A DNA stretch of 56,425 nt, counting the filler, from Squatina squatina (Eukaryota): the NCBI GenBank assembly GCA_031763465.1. It is 4 parts of 4 records of this genome, joined end to end, with 100 filler letters (N's around TTAATTAATTAA, not from the genome) between each part and the next. Parts side by side here need not be neighbours in the genome. Positions count along the whole stretch, not along the records: positions 27,895 to 44,123 come from JARFOE010000176.1; positions 44,224 to 56,425 come from JARFOE010000080.1; 2 more parts are not named here. One strand, given 5' to 3'. Both the position numbers and the translations under genes were made by a program. A model generated the notes under the pieces. The model was not told the DNA's origin and did no database searches. It worked only from the letters and a program-made list of their open reading frames with translations. Positions 38,498 to 51,104 of this stretch are shown one piece after another; positions within the stretch are counted from its first letter, which is position 1; each line of letters opens with the position of its first letter.

Positions 38498-38766
38498 GCA
38501 ATTCACCATCTGATGAATCAGAGGAACGTGAGAAGGATCCCAAGTCTTTAACCTTTCCAGCCTACATTGGTAGCCTTCTTGACTCTGGGGATGAGCTCAT
38601 GGTATCTGGTGTGAGAATGTACTGTGAAAACAGGGGAAGTTGTCCATCATCCTGCCACTTATGCCACACAACAGGGGGGCAGAACAGACAAGAAGAGCCT
38701 GTGTTGCTGGAAGTCACCAAGGCAGCTCTGTTGTATGAACTGCTTACTGATAATGAAACACAGAAA
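38498..38766 (+). CDS. ASTN1: Astrotactin-1 internal exon (MACPF/EGF-like region)
   Basis: 269-nt exon bounded by ttcttcatacag| and AAA|gtaagt; (G)[81 protein letters not shown] matches ASTN1 [50 protein letters not shown]. Confidence 0.92.
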
Positions 38767-40119
38767 GTAAGTTGTACAGACTAGCAGTGCAGAACTCAAC
38801 TGTCGGAATAGGAATTGCACAGGTGTATGGTAAAATGCAAATAGTAACAAGCAGGCATTATACACAACATGGTTGATACTCAGCTATTTAAGAGTACAGG
38901 AGTATAAGTCAATTGTAAGATTAAGTGTTGGGAAAAAGTGTAGCACTCAAACAGTCAACAGTTATTGGATNNNNNNNNNNNNNNNNNNNNNNNNNNNNNN
39001 NNNNNNNNNNNNNNNNNNNNNNNNNNNNNNNNNNNNNNNNNNNNNNNNNNNNNNNNNNNNNNNNNNNNNNAAGTGGATGTTCTGCCCCACCCATCACCAA
39101 AACTCACCGTTCCTTCAATTCTGTCCTTTTGTGCATCTCTCCCTTCACCCATCTTTGGTGGCCATGCCTTCAGACGCCTAGATATCCTACCTCTGGAATT
39201 CCCTCTTAAATATCTCCGTCTTATCACCTCCTTCTCCTCCTTTAAGATGCTCCTTCAAAGCAACCTCTTTGGTTGGCACTATATAAATTCAGAGGGGTCC
39301 CAAATGTGGTTGCCGCCCAGGGCCCCAAGAATTATTAATCCAGGTCTGGTTAGTGAACTGATATTAGAATATTTCAGTAAAGCATACATTAGCACAGCAG
39401 TAGTATATATTGTCCCTCGTGTGTTTATTCCCTGGTCATTAGCTGTCGCTTCATGCTTTCTTTGTTTTCTTTCCCTAGTTTGAGATTGTCACCTGCGCAT
39501 GAGCCAAGTAGCTCATTGGTGGTTTTAGAGTGGGACCACACAGAACCTGCAATTGGAGTGAAGATTGTGGACTATCTAATTAGCTTGGAAAGGGTCACCA
39601 TCATGGATCGAGCAGAAATGTCCAAGGTAGAGACAGGTGAGTGTGGACAAAGTTTGGCCAGAAGGGTTGACGACATTGAGAGGTGAGCATGGTGTAGGTT
39701 TGGCCATTAATCAGATGGCTGAAGATGGAGAGGGATGAGAGTTGTTGTGTAAGGGTGGCCTGTATTAAAAATGTGTCCCCGAGGAATTTGCAAACCATGC
39801 TTGACTTTCTTATTTTTACAGGGAATATACTGTTACCAACAGAGCAGTTTGATGTGAAGTAAATGCACAGGGATCAACGGGCAGTTAGAAAAGAACTTGT
39901 ACTGGAAATGACAAAGCGGCCTTAAAATTTAAAGACAACTTTGGACATTGAAAGTACCATGGATAATCCTTATTTAAATAAAATCAATTTAGCCAACAAT
40001 TTGTTGTATGATANNNNNNNNNNNNNNNNNNNNNNNNNNNNNNNNNNNNNNNNNNNNNNNNNNNNNNNNNNNNNNNNNNNNNNNNNNNNNNNNNNNNNNN
40101 NNNNNNNNNNNNNAATTAT

Positions 40120-40283
40120 CCAGTCATGATCACATTGCTGTTTGTGGGACCTTGCTGAGCGCAAATTGGCATTTCCTACATTACAACAGCGACTACACCT
40201 CAAAAGTACTTCATTTTATGTAAAGTGCTTTGGGGCATCCTGAGGTTGTGAATGGTGCTTTATAAATGAAAGTCTCTCTTTCT
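40120..40283 (+). mobile_element. SacSINE1-like 3' half
   Basis: CATTGCTGTTTGTGGGACCTTGCTG..CCTACATTACAACAG..AAAGTGCTTTGGGGCATCCTGAGG. Confidence 0.75.
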
Positions 40284-40294
40284 TGGGCTTTAAA

Positions 40295-40462
40295 AGGTAG
40301 ATTTTACGAATTTGCGCTCCTGATACAGAACTTTGCGCTCTGGAAGTGTATGTGGAGAATTCAATCGCAGAGGTCATCTTTTGGGGACAACTGATCTTCC
40401 CTCCTGAATTCCTATGAGAATATGAAGTCACGCCCAGGAGTGCAAATTCAAGAAATCTACCT
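40295..40462. mobile_element. 168-bp MITE with 28-bp TIRs
   Basis: AGGTAGATTTTACGAATTTGCGCTCCTG versus the reverse complement of CAGGAGTGCAAATTCAAGAAATCTACCT: 24/28 match. TSD unclear. Confidence 0.75.
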
Positions 40463-41672
40463 AATATACTTACTGCAAAGTCTGGACACTCCTGCTCTCT
40501 TTTTCCTAACATTACAAAATCAACACTGGGGAGCAAAGATCTGCATGCACACATGCATAGAGCTCGCTGCTGGTGGGTATAGTGAGATCCACAGCCCGCA
40601 ATATCACTCTAGTGATGCAAGCTGCACTTTGCAGTCTACAACGGCCAGTCTCAGCCCAGTACGGCAGTATATCAGTAGCCTTAAATTGGCAAATCAGGTC
40701 CAACTGACCAGCTCAGGATCAGCATCAGCAGAGATGGTCACCTATTCCCTCTCTGGATTGGAGACTAGAGATGAGAAATTAAATAGCTAGCAATCCTTGT
40801 GACAGTTGAGAAACCAGATTTTCAACTTACTATGAATGAATTCCAGTCTATTGAAAAAAATACTTGTCTTCAACTACTCCAGTTTCATAACTCCATTTCT
40901 ATCTTTTCAAAACACAGGGTACTTGGTACATTTGTTTGTTGGAATGCAGCCAGAGAATCAATTATAAAATGCAGACTTGTGTAAAATAATTGGAGATGCA
41001 CCCAATTATATACAAGTCCCAACCACAAGCACAACAGTAATAACAGGGTTTCGATCAAGCAGAATCACAATAACAAAATAAAAACTGTTGAAATTAAACG
41101 CCTCCGCATTAATTAAAATATTTTCTTTAAAAGCTGTTGACTCTGCTAATAAAGAACTGACTTGTGAAGTGATGTGGTGATTAATGCAAAATCTAGATGG
41201 GTGACACCATGGGGTAGATTTTGCAAGGGGTTCCAATTGTGTAGCCTCACTGTGCCCAATGTACCCTTGGGTTGGAGCTTCAGTCCACCTTGCCATGGGA
41301 TGCCCAGGAGTGGTAGTGCCCCTCAACTCTCCATACCCGCATCGCACTGCCCCCTCATTGGGAAGAGCAAAACAAAGGCTAAATACTCCCCTCACCCCAC
41401 CCGCCCACTGTTGCACATCTCCTAGCAACCAGGTTGAGCAATGGGCCTCGAAGAAAGGAGCAAGAAAAAGACAAATTAACTATGGGGATTCAAATGAACC
41501 TTTTCACCCAATGGGTAATAGAGTTGTCGAATCAGTCACCAGGGAAAGTCAGTGAAGTGGACAGCGCTGTTCGATTCAGGAATAAGTTAGATTTGTTCCT
41601 GGAGAGAGAAAGGACTGCAGGATGTTGCCAATAGGCAGGAAGATGTGATTGCTCAATGAAAAAGATGGGATC

Positions 41673-41784
41673 CAACGTTCCCTAATAGCTGTGTGGCCAT
41701 GCACCTCTCTGCCAGTCCCGTGTAAACTTTCTTGCATGCTCAAAACTGAATGGGCTTCCAAACAAAAAATAAGAGGGAACATTG
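41673..41784. mobile_element. hAT-type MITE, second copy, opposite orientation
   Basis: CAACGTTCCC...AGAGGGAACATTG; flanks ATGGGATC and GTGGGGTC (6/8, both differences transitions). Confidence 0.65.
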
Positions 41785-43244
41785 GTGGGGTCTAATGATC
41801 TTTTCCTTGTTTCTGAAAATGATTTGTGTTCTACAAAGCACCAAAACAGTTAAACTAGATTTGACAATGAACCTCCATAGATGCAAGCTTTGGTGACATT
41901 AGGCTCGATGCTTAATGCAGTTGTGGATATAATGTATTCCACATGTGAGTAGGCTAGATTAATCATCTACTCGGGCACTTCTAATGCCAACTGTAAACGG
42001 CCTGCCGTCCAACTGTGCAATACTGTGTTGATATTTCACATAAAACTTGTAGAACAAGATACAGATGTTGTTTACTGCTCCTGCCTCTTTGCCAATTAAG
42101 GCCTTGCTTTGTTGAGAAGTCAAAGGCACACCCTGGGTAAATGCACTGTCTGCTATGCTACAGTTTCATACAAAGCAGGAAGGCCCCAAATGCCGAGGTG
42201 ATGTCAGCCAATGTTCCCATTCCTGATGGTTATCAAGAAAAAGTACTTTAGGGACCTTCCATGACCAAATAACCTGCCAGCGCTCATTGCCTATGCCCAC
42301 ATGTGGATTTCAGCAACTTGGGTGAGGCACCAGAGGACCTTTGGTGTTTGTGAAACTGCACGAGAGAATGAGCCACCATTTTAAGGAGACGAAAGATCAT
42401 CAAATTAGAAATTCTGANNNNNNNNNNNNNNNNNNNNNNNNNNNNNNNNNNNNNNNNNNNNNNNNNNNNNNNNNNNNNNNNNNNNNNNNNNNNNNNNNNN
42501 NNNNNNNNNNNNNNNNNAAGAAAAGCAGGGAGTCATTCCTTCCTCAGCCAACATTACCAAAAAACTCCTTGACTGGTTATTCATTTCATTTCCTAATGCG
42601 TAGTACCCTGCTGTGTGCAAAATTGGCTGCCGAGCTTCCCTACATAACAACAGTGATTGCACTTCAAGAATTTTTTAAAAAAGAATGTGAAATGCTTTTG
42701 GATGTTGCAAGAACATTAAAAGCACAATATAAACACCTTTTCTTTCCTTGCAGAATGGATGTAATTGTACTAGCTGCATCAAAGCTGAGTACTCACTCAA
42801 AGCCCAGTGACCCAATGGTTCGCCAGCCCGATATATTCTTCTGTGGCCCAGGGGCGCTAGTTGCAGAGCAGGAAAGAGAATGATCCCCAGCTGACCTCGG
42901 AGACTGAAACTCACGGGCACTAGCTATGAGCAAAATGTCTGCCATTTTTGCTTATATATCAGCAGTCACTTCACTTTCTTTGTGTGTGAAGTGCTTTGAG
43001 ATAATTCTGTTAGGTTTGATGAGACACTGCATAAATGGAACTCTATCTTTCTTTCCCCGGCTAATCCCCTCTGCTGGCAAAACTGCCCCATCACTAAGTA
43101 GAAGTTGGATCCCCTCAAATTCAGCACAATCGCACTAGACTAGAAGGGTGGTGAACCAAAAGCCTGCATGCTTATGGCCATGATCCTGGACTCCACACTG
43201 GGCTTAATATACCCTGGACAAGTCCATTGAAACCAAAACAAACT

Positions 43245-43560
43245 TCAAATGAGACTCCCTCTTTTAAAAAGGTTGCCGATGATGAGACTCCCTCTTTAGA
43301 AAGCGTCATGAATGAAAAGATTCCTTGTTTAAAGGTGGCTCAGGTTGTGTGAATCATTTTACTAAACAGGGCTCTTTTGGAAAAAGGTTTAAATAGGGTT
43401 CTTACGGCAATATTCCCTCTTTAAAGATGGCCCTTTTGGTGTGGCTCTATCTTTAAATGTGGCCTTAATGGTGAAACTCCCTTGTTTAAAATGGTGCTGA
43501 TGGTGAGGCTGTCTCTTTTTTTTTTAAAAAGGGGTCCTTTAGGCAAGACTGTCTTTAACC
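43245..43560. repeat. Degenerate 32-33-bp tandem repeat
   Basis: GAGACTCCCTCTTT-like cores at 43251, 43284, 43317, 43409, 43441, 43473 and 43505. Confidence 0.7.
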
Positions 43561-44123
43561 CATTTATTAAAAGGCTTTCATGTTGGCGCAGAAATTTTGT
43601 ATGCCATTCTTATCTCACTAATGCAATGTTGTTTGGGACGTTTTCAGAAAATGATCTCATCCATCGTGGCTTTGTGAAGATTGGAATGATATCAACTTTG
43701 AAGGTCGTGATAACTTTGAAGTTTATTCTGCACTTTGGGTAGATCTGATTCTAATTCCCAATGGAGAATAGTGTTGCTTTCAGCTGAAGGGTTTGATTTC
43801 ACCTCTGCCAAGGCTCCATTTTGACAGTATGGTCGATCGTTGTTATAAATGGATCCTAATGATTGATGATCTAATCATCTTGTTGCTTTAATTTATTAAT
43901 GAGATTAGCATCAAAACAATGAGTCATATGGTTAACTGTAAAGTGAAGTAATATAGTACATCAGTGTTCTAGCCATCCAGCTGGGCTAAACATTTCAATA
44001 TGATCATTTTACTTTGCTTATTTCTGTCTTCATCTCATGGTTTAACTCCTCCAGGGCAATGAAAAATTGGTTTTCCCATCAACGAGTCAATTCTCTATAA
44101 AACTAAATTCACCGGGGACATGA

Positions 44124-44223
44124 NNNNNNNNNNNNNNNNNNNNNNNNNNNNNNNNNNNNNNNNNNNNTTAATTAATTAANNNNNNNNNNNNNNNNNNNNN
44201 NNNNNNNNNNNNNNNNNNNNNNN
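44124..44223. other. Artificial concatenation linker N44-TTAATTAATTAA-N44
   Basis: 12-mer at 44168-44179. Confidence 0.95.
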
Positions 44224-44906
44224 TGGGACAATTATACTGTGTTCTATAAATACATTTCTTCTCCCCCAGTTATATTTTGTTCTGGATTTTTGGTATTTAG
44301 TGTTCTTATTTAGCTATATATAATTAAAGTCTGGCATCTCACACACAAAGTTTATGTCCCACTCAAAAGAATCACACGTAAAGTTTGCATCACACTGTTG
44401 CTTTCTGGAGTCTTGCTCATTTGTAAAAATGCAACAAATCCCTCAATAATGTTGATTATTTGAAATATTCCTGAACATGTAAAGAAATTACCTCTTTCTC
44501 TGGTATAAAGGCAGTTGGTCCAGTTACTGGAGGTTGAGGGACCCTCACACTTTTTTCCTTTTGATAGAAAAAGAGTTCACTGATTAGATTCATTGCTGAG
44601 ATATTTTGAAAGCTCTAACAGACTGACATGAACTGTGGTTCCAATGGTTTTGTGCAGATGGGTGCAAACATTTCCTCAGTAGCGCACACTTCAATATTTA
44701 ATGATCAAAGACAGGTTTGCAGATTCCAGAACACTACAGCGTAATTCAAGTAATTTCCTTTTGGGCACTCCCCCCATACAAAGTTGTTACAAAACAAAGT
44801 ACCCTGNNNNNNNNNNNNNNNNNNNNNNNNNNNNNNNNNNNNNNNNNNNNNNNNNNNNNNNNNNNNNNNNNNNNNNNNNNNNNNNNNNNNNNNNNNNNNN
44901 NNNNNN

Positions 44907-45260
44907 GTGATGTTGCAAAACTAAGAGATGGCGATGGAGAGGCGGAGGGGATCAGGGAGGGCTTTCCAGAGCTTAGAACATGGATGGTCAAAGCACCACC
45001 TAGGTTGGCTGAAGTGTTACTTACGTGCACAGAAAGGCGATCGATGGAGGACCCCGGTCCTTGGAGATTTGTAGGGCGGGTTTAGGTTACAGAGATAGCT
45101 GGGGCTGAGGCCAGGAGGGATTTGAGCAGGTGGATGAGAATTTTAAACGTGTGGTGTTTATAGACCGGGTGCCAATGTGGGTCAGTTGACACAGGGGAAA
45201 TGGAGGAATGGGACTTGGTGGGGGATAGGTTTCGGGTAGCAGAATTTTGGATTAGCCGAG
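44907..45260 (-). mobile_element. Decayed L2 LINE 3' fragment
   Basis: Minus strand LIQNSATRNLSPTKSHSSISPVSTDPHWHPVYKHHTFKILIHLLKSL, homologous to 2397-2712. Confidence 0.75.
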
Positions 45261-46739
45261 GGAGAAATGTGAACCACAAGAGTATGGTGCAAATTCAATA
45301 GCAGCTGAAAAAAAAACTTACTGTTGCAACGGTCTAAAAAAAGGTACCAAGTGCTGTAAAATTTGATGAATAAATCAGACCTTCATTACATGTTAATATG
45401 CCTTTTAATAGAGGTGAAACTCCATGTCTGCAAAGTATAAGTGTTTTACCTCAATAGCAGCCATTAAAATCAAAGTACAACTTCAGACACCAAATTTAAC
45501 ACTAATCATTTTAAAGCTTTAAAATTTCCTCCTTTTCATATATGTTTTATAGGCCACTACAAACAGATCAACCTAAAGATTATTGTTTAATAATTACATA
45601 TGGAAACTATGAAGCCAAGCAACTTCAATTGACAACTTATTAATTTGCTCAAGGTGCAGTTTATTGGGCAATATATGTATATCCAATTTGTCAATAGTCA
45701 TGCCCTTATGTTCCCATTTTTTGCCAATAATTTAAAAATTACAACAAAAAAACTTAGAAACTAGGTGTGTTTCATATAAAATAATTCACATTTCTCACAT
45801 CAAGTCACATAGATAAGAACACTGGCATCTGCTGCTTGGTCCTACTCAGTTTACATTAAAATTTAGGCCTCAATTACTGCAATGATAGAATATTACAACA
45901 AGCAGCATACCTCAGAATTTAAACTTGGGCAGGCATAGTCAAAACACCAAAAACATGAGGGTTAGAGAACCCTCCAATCTTTTCATTTCAGACCATCAGA
46001 CTAGGCTGATGACTGTTAAAGCACTGACATACCAGTATTTTCTAGCTGTCTTAACAACCTGCTGCTGAATCAGCAAGTCTGTAAGCACTTCTGAAATGTG
46101 GCAATGAACCAAGGCAAGGATTACTCGAGAACAATTGAGTGTCTCATGCAGAGCAACTCGAACAGAAATCAGCNNNNNNNNNNNNNNNNNNNNNNNNNNN
46201 NNNNNNNNNNNNNNNNNNNNNNNNNNNNNNNNNNNNNNNNNNNNNNNNNNNNNNNNNNNNNNNNNNNNNNNNNTGTTGTTTGGAAATCTCAACCATTCTA
46301 ATTGAACAGTCAGTGAAACAATTGCACCACGTATTGTTCGAATATACTGGATTTGTGTGAATCCAGTAGTTAGGTGTTGGGGTTATAACCAGGGTGTTTC
46401 CGGCTCATATCCTCCACTGCCAATAGTTCCTATGTGATTAATCCCTTTGAGGAAGGAATTCACTGGAACTGGGCGCCAGTATACCAAGCTCAAAAATGGG
46501 TACCAGCATTGCTGAGAAGTCAGCAGGATTCCTGTGTGTAAAGACTGGGCCTTGTCCACAGGAATTTTACATTCCTGGTCCTCGGTCAATGAGCGAGAGA
46601 TGAGCACATCCCCCGGAGCTTGGCCTGTTGTGAAGGGTAGGCTGCAGGCAACTTTGCAATTTGATTTTGAATGTTTAAAGTGAATGGTGCCTGTAAATTA
46701 GAATCTTATTTTCATACAGTTTAGAACAGATGTACATAA

Positions 46740-47020
46740 ACAGGTGGCTGTAAAAGATCCCATGGCACTGTTTAAAAGAAAAGCAGGGGAATTATTCCCA
46801 GTGTCCNNNNNNNNNNCAACAATTATCCCTCATCCAACATCACTAAAACAGGCTACCTGGTATTATCACATTTCTGTTTGTGGGATCTTACTGTGCACAA
46901 ATTGGCTGCCATGTTTCCTACATTACAACAGTGACTACACTTCGAAAAGTACTTCAATAGTTGTAAAACGCTTTGGGACATCCTGAGATTGTGAAAGTCG
47001 CTATATAAATGCAAATCTTT
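46740..47020 (+). mobile_element. SacSINE1-like copy (Deu domain and tail)
   Basis: TGTAAAAGATCCCATGGCACTG..TTCCCAGTGTCC..CCTACATTACAACAGTGACTACACTTC..CGCTATATAAATGCAA. Confidence 0.8.
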
Positions 47021-47857
47021 TTATATTTTTAGTTTGCACATAATTATTGACACACCAGCAGTTTCAGCATTCCCATGGACAAACAACAGACCCATCAGGC
47101 TTTAAACAATGTTTGAACTATGCAACTCAGTTCAGTGTGTCTCAGTGACTTAACTTTTATTTATGCCATATCAGACAGTGTGGTGCTGTTAACAATGTCC
47201 TCTTCTCCATCTCTAATTCAGATTAAGTTAGCCAATTGATATTAATAATCCGCCTATTTTTACAGATGATTTGCTCACCACTTGGCAAACAGCCTGTCAC
47301 TGTTAGCTAATTTTTATTTGTAGCTCCATAGTGCTGCTTTCAGCAGATTGACTGTTTGAATTCTGATCTATGCATTTTGTTGTAAAACAAGTTCAGCTGC
47401 TGTTAATCATTAATAGCAGCATTTCCACCTCAAGTGTAATATCTGGTGCAGAAACTAGGTAAATGGAATATTATTAGGCCAGTGAGTGTCCTAGATATTC
47501 AGAAAGGTCCCCTATACAGGTCAAATGGCCCTCCAATTCAATGGCTCTGCCTCCAGTGAGTCTATGTAAGTAGCTAGATACTGGAGTAATGTATGGCGGC
47601 CACTGTATAACACTGAAGTAAGCACAGCCGCACAGAAAGCATTCTAAGCCATAGCGCCACAACAACCACAATAACATATTTAATATAGTGAAACGTCCCA
47701 AGGCGCTTTACTGGAGCGTTTTGAGACAAAAAATTTGATACCGAGCCACATAAGGAGNNNNNNNNNNNNNNNNNNNNNNNNNNNNNNNNNNNNNNNNNNN
47801 NNNNNNNNNNNNNNNNNNNNNNNNNNNNNNNNNNNNNNNNNNNNNNNNNNNNNNNNN

Positions 47858-48010
47858 ATCCAGGCATGCAGACATTGACTCTTTTGCGTGGCTGCGGCCT
47901 GGACAGCAACGGATAATGCTACTTCATGCATGAAGCGACTCATGGCTTCTGCATCTGGATAGTGCCGTTGCGAGTCCACCATGAGGTCCCCAGAACATAC
48001 TAATGACATT
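47858..48010 (-). CDS. Candidate coding exon, gene unidentified, 3' end lost in a gap
   Basis: gtgctttctttag|A ATG.. with only one frame open to the contig end: MSLVCSGDLMVDSQRHYPDAEAMSRFMHEVALSVAVQAAATQKSQCLHAW. Confidence 0.45.
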
Positions 48011-51000
48011 CTAAAGAAAGCACTACAACTGTTGTTTCTACTCATCACTGTGACAGGCGTTGATGAAATGAATTTCTGCTCTATTTCTTTCTGTCAAAAG
48101 CTGGGTGATTGATAGTACACATATTTTCAGGGTCATTTACCTCACAGAAGCTGTTACTAGGCAGAGTATAAAAAATGAGTATCAATGATCATAGCAACTG
48201 CGTTCCTTACTGTTCGGTTTAAACTGCACAACCAAGTTCGCAATTGATGTTACTATTCCATATCTTGAAAATTACATGGTAGGCAAAATAACTGCAGGCC
48301 CTGTTACAAGATAATTCCAGAGTTCAGGCTCTGTAACTGTGTCTGGAATTAAATTCAGTGCACTTCAGCCAATAGCTTTTTAAGTACAATTGTAATAGCA
48401 GCAAAAATACCAGCTATTGTTGCATTTCACGTGACTCAATCATCATAAATTCAAATGTTAGCAGTAGCCCGATCTTGGTTTCCTCTTTGCCGGTTGGCCG
48501 TTCATCCCATACCGGCTCCACTGTAATGAAGCCCAAGGTACAATATCGGGGGCACCTCAGGCCTCACAATTCAGGAGCAGGGAATGTAGACTGCCCAACA
48601 GCTCACCCAAATTTCTAGGCCACAGTCTTGCATGAGAGATTTTGACAAATGTCTTTTGGATGTCTAGATACACTGGGCTAGAAATTCCTCTCGGGCAGTG
48701 GCGCGAAACGAGCGATATCGGATCGGNNNNNNNNNNNNNNNNNNNNNNNNNNNNNNNNNNNNNNNNNNNNNNNNNNNNNNNNNNNNNNNNNNNNNNNNNN
48801 NNNNNNNNNNNNNNNNNNNNNNNNNNTCTTGCCAATTAATTGAAGACCACTTGTTGCTGGAACATAGTTCTACAGGAATGCTGCCCAAAATGGCATGTTT
48901 TTATGCAGAAGTCTATGTAGTGAGCTCAGTGAGCTATTCTTTCGTTGGGGCCATCACACAGAGCCCCAAAACTTTTCCTCATCAATAGATCTACACTTCC
49001 AGCAAGCGTCACAGAATAAGTGACAGTGATGCAATTTCCCCTCCCTAATCCAGGCTATTGCAGTCACTAGTAGTGCCCGAGCTGAGATCGCCTAATGCAG
49101 CACAGGCTAGGGATCAGGCTTGGGACTTCCCTAGTCTGAGATTCAGCTTCTCACTGCAAAACTCACAGCCATCAAGGAACTGCTAAACATTCATTTACAA
49201 ATACAGTTCAGTGCATAAAAAGGACAATTTTTCAAGTTAACATAAATGATAATTTGAGAGATAAACAGGAACGGAGTACTATGACCTGCCACCCCAAATA
49301 AGTAAAAAGAAACCCCCAAAACAGCATGTGACATTAAAGCAGAATATTTTAAGAAGATTTATTTCAAACTGCCAAGATTTAGAAAACAAGTATAAAATTT
49401 CAGCTGTTGACCAATGTCTGATTACAGAATTCAGTCTGTTCCTGTGTATAGTTACAAATTCTGAGGAACACATTCCAAGCATTTCAATGTATATAGTTCC
49501 TTAAGGAGGAAACACAGGAAATACAAGATGAGTTGAGATTTTAAAATATACAACTGCCAGCTTTGACTTAAATCCTATTCCATTAGAAAGAACACAAGTT
49601 TAATGAACTTATGTTTAAGGTTACATAAAAATGAAATACAGTACAATTTAACCTTGCAGTTTCACCACTTATACAGGAAACTTCTTTCCAAAATAAAATA
49701 AAAATTAGCATAAGTCTATGTCTATTGCTGCAAGGAAACATCCCAGACTATTTTACAACTTAAAAATTTTCAAGTAATAAATGGAGATAAAAACCATATT
49801 AAAACCTTAAAATTCAGTACATGATTAAAATTTACCATCCAGGTTTAAATACTGTGAAGCCTTTGAATTCTATGCACCCTGTTTCACAAATTACACTGTA
49901 TACATATCTGATCAAGGTTTATAGCCCAGACATGAAGGATAATAATCCTTCGTACACATGATGTAACTAGAATTAGCCTCAGGTGAAAAAAAGCATAGAA
50001 TTACATGATTAAAATGAAGTTTAAAAAACATGGAACCACTCTACAGCAAAACAAATTACAACATTTAAAAATATGCAAACTGTTGCATTAGCAAAATTTT
50101 ATATACAAATGGTAGTGTATTACCACAACTACAGAATGTATGCCAAATTTAAAAACTTGCAGAATGACAAGGCACTGTTACTGGTAGAGGTCAATGGTAA
50201 TTTACACATGGTTAGATCACATTCTGCCAATTCTGTTCTACCAACTTTTGTAATATGCTCCTGTTAACACACAAAATACTGCATCAGTCTGTTCTCATCA
50301 AACATGTTAGAAAATTAGTTTTATCAAGTTTGCATCAGTTCTAGCAGAGGTAATTCATAGGCCCTAGGGTTAACCATGCTCGTACTGGAGTAACGTGCTA
50401 CCAAGTATTTCCACATCACTATAAAACCAAGAGCGTTCAAACAAAAACTTACCCTTGCATTTATTATTCTGTAATAATTTTATAATGCCCCTTACAGAGT
50501 TATCTGCTGGAAGTTTTAAAGCCTGTTCATAGAATTGCACTGTGACATTATCAAGTGTTAATTGCATCAGCCTGAGATAGAGTAGATATTTAATTATTCT
50601 TATTTTGTACAGTTACCAAAAAATGATACCACTGACATTTTTATAGGTTTTAAATGCATAGCTTTAATTGGCCTACTCCAACTTAATGCTGGTGGAGGAT
50701 AGTGGTTAACAAAATATGGCCTGTACTGGTATTGCCAGAATACAAGGCTCAGGTAGAATTTTATTATTTAAAAAAAATTATAAATGAAATCAAGAGGCTG
50801 CACATAAAATAACTGTCTTCTATACCCAGAGCTTAAAGATGTCTTCATACCTGTCTGTTAACTACCAAATTGTTGAAAGCACCAGTGTCATACATCGGAC
50901 TGAATGCTGCAGAAATGTTCTAGCTTTCTTCCTACATTGTTGCGTTATTTCTAGCTTAAAAAGATCCTACAGGTAACAATGGGCTTTTATTTAGGGGAAA

Positions 51001-51104
51001 TTTANNNNNNNNNNNNNNNNNNNNNNNNNNNNNNNNNNNNNNNNNNNNNNNNNNNNNNNNNNNNNNNNNNNNNNNNNNNNNNNNNNNNNNNNNNNNNNNN
51101 NNNN

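Noticed and set aside
37030-43560. Periodic repeats as CRISPR arrays
   Set aside because: Eukaryotic context, degenerate units without unique spacers, no cas genes.
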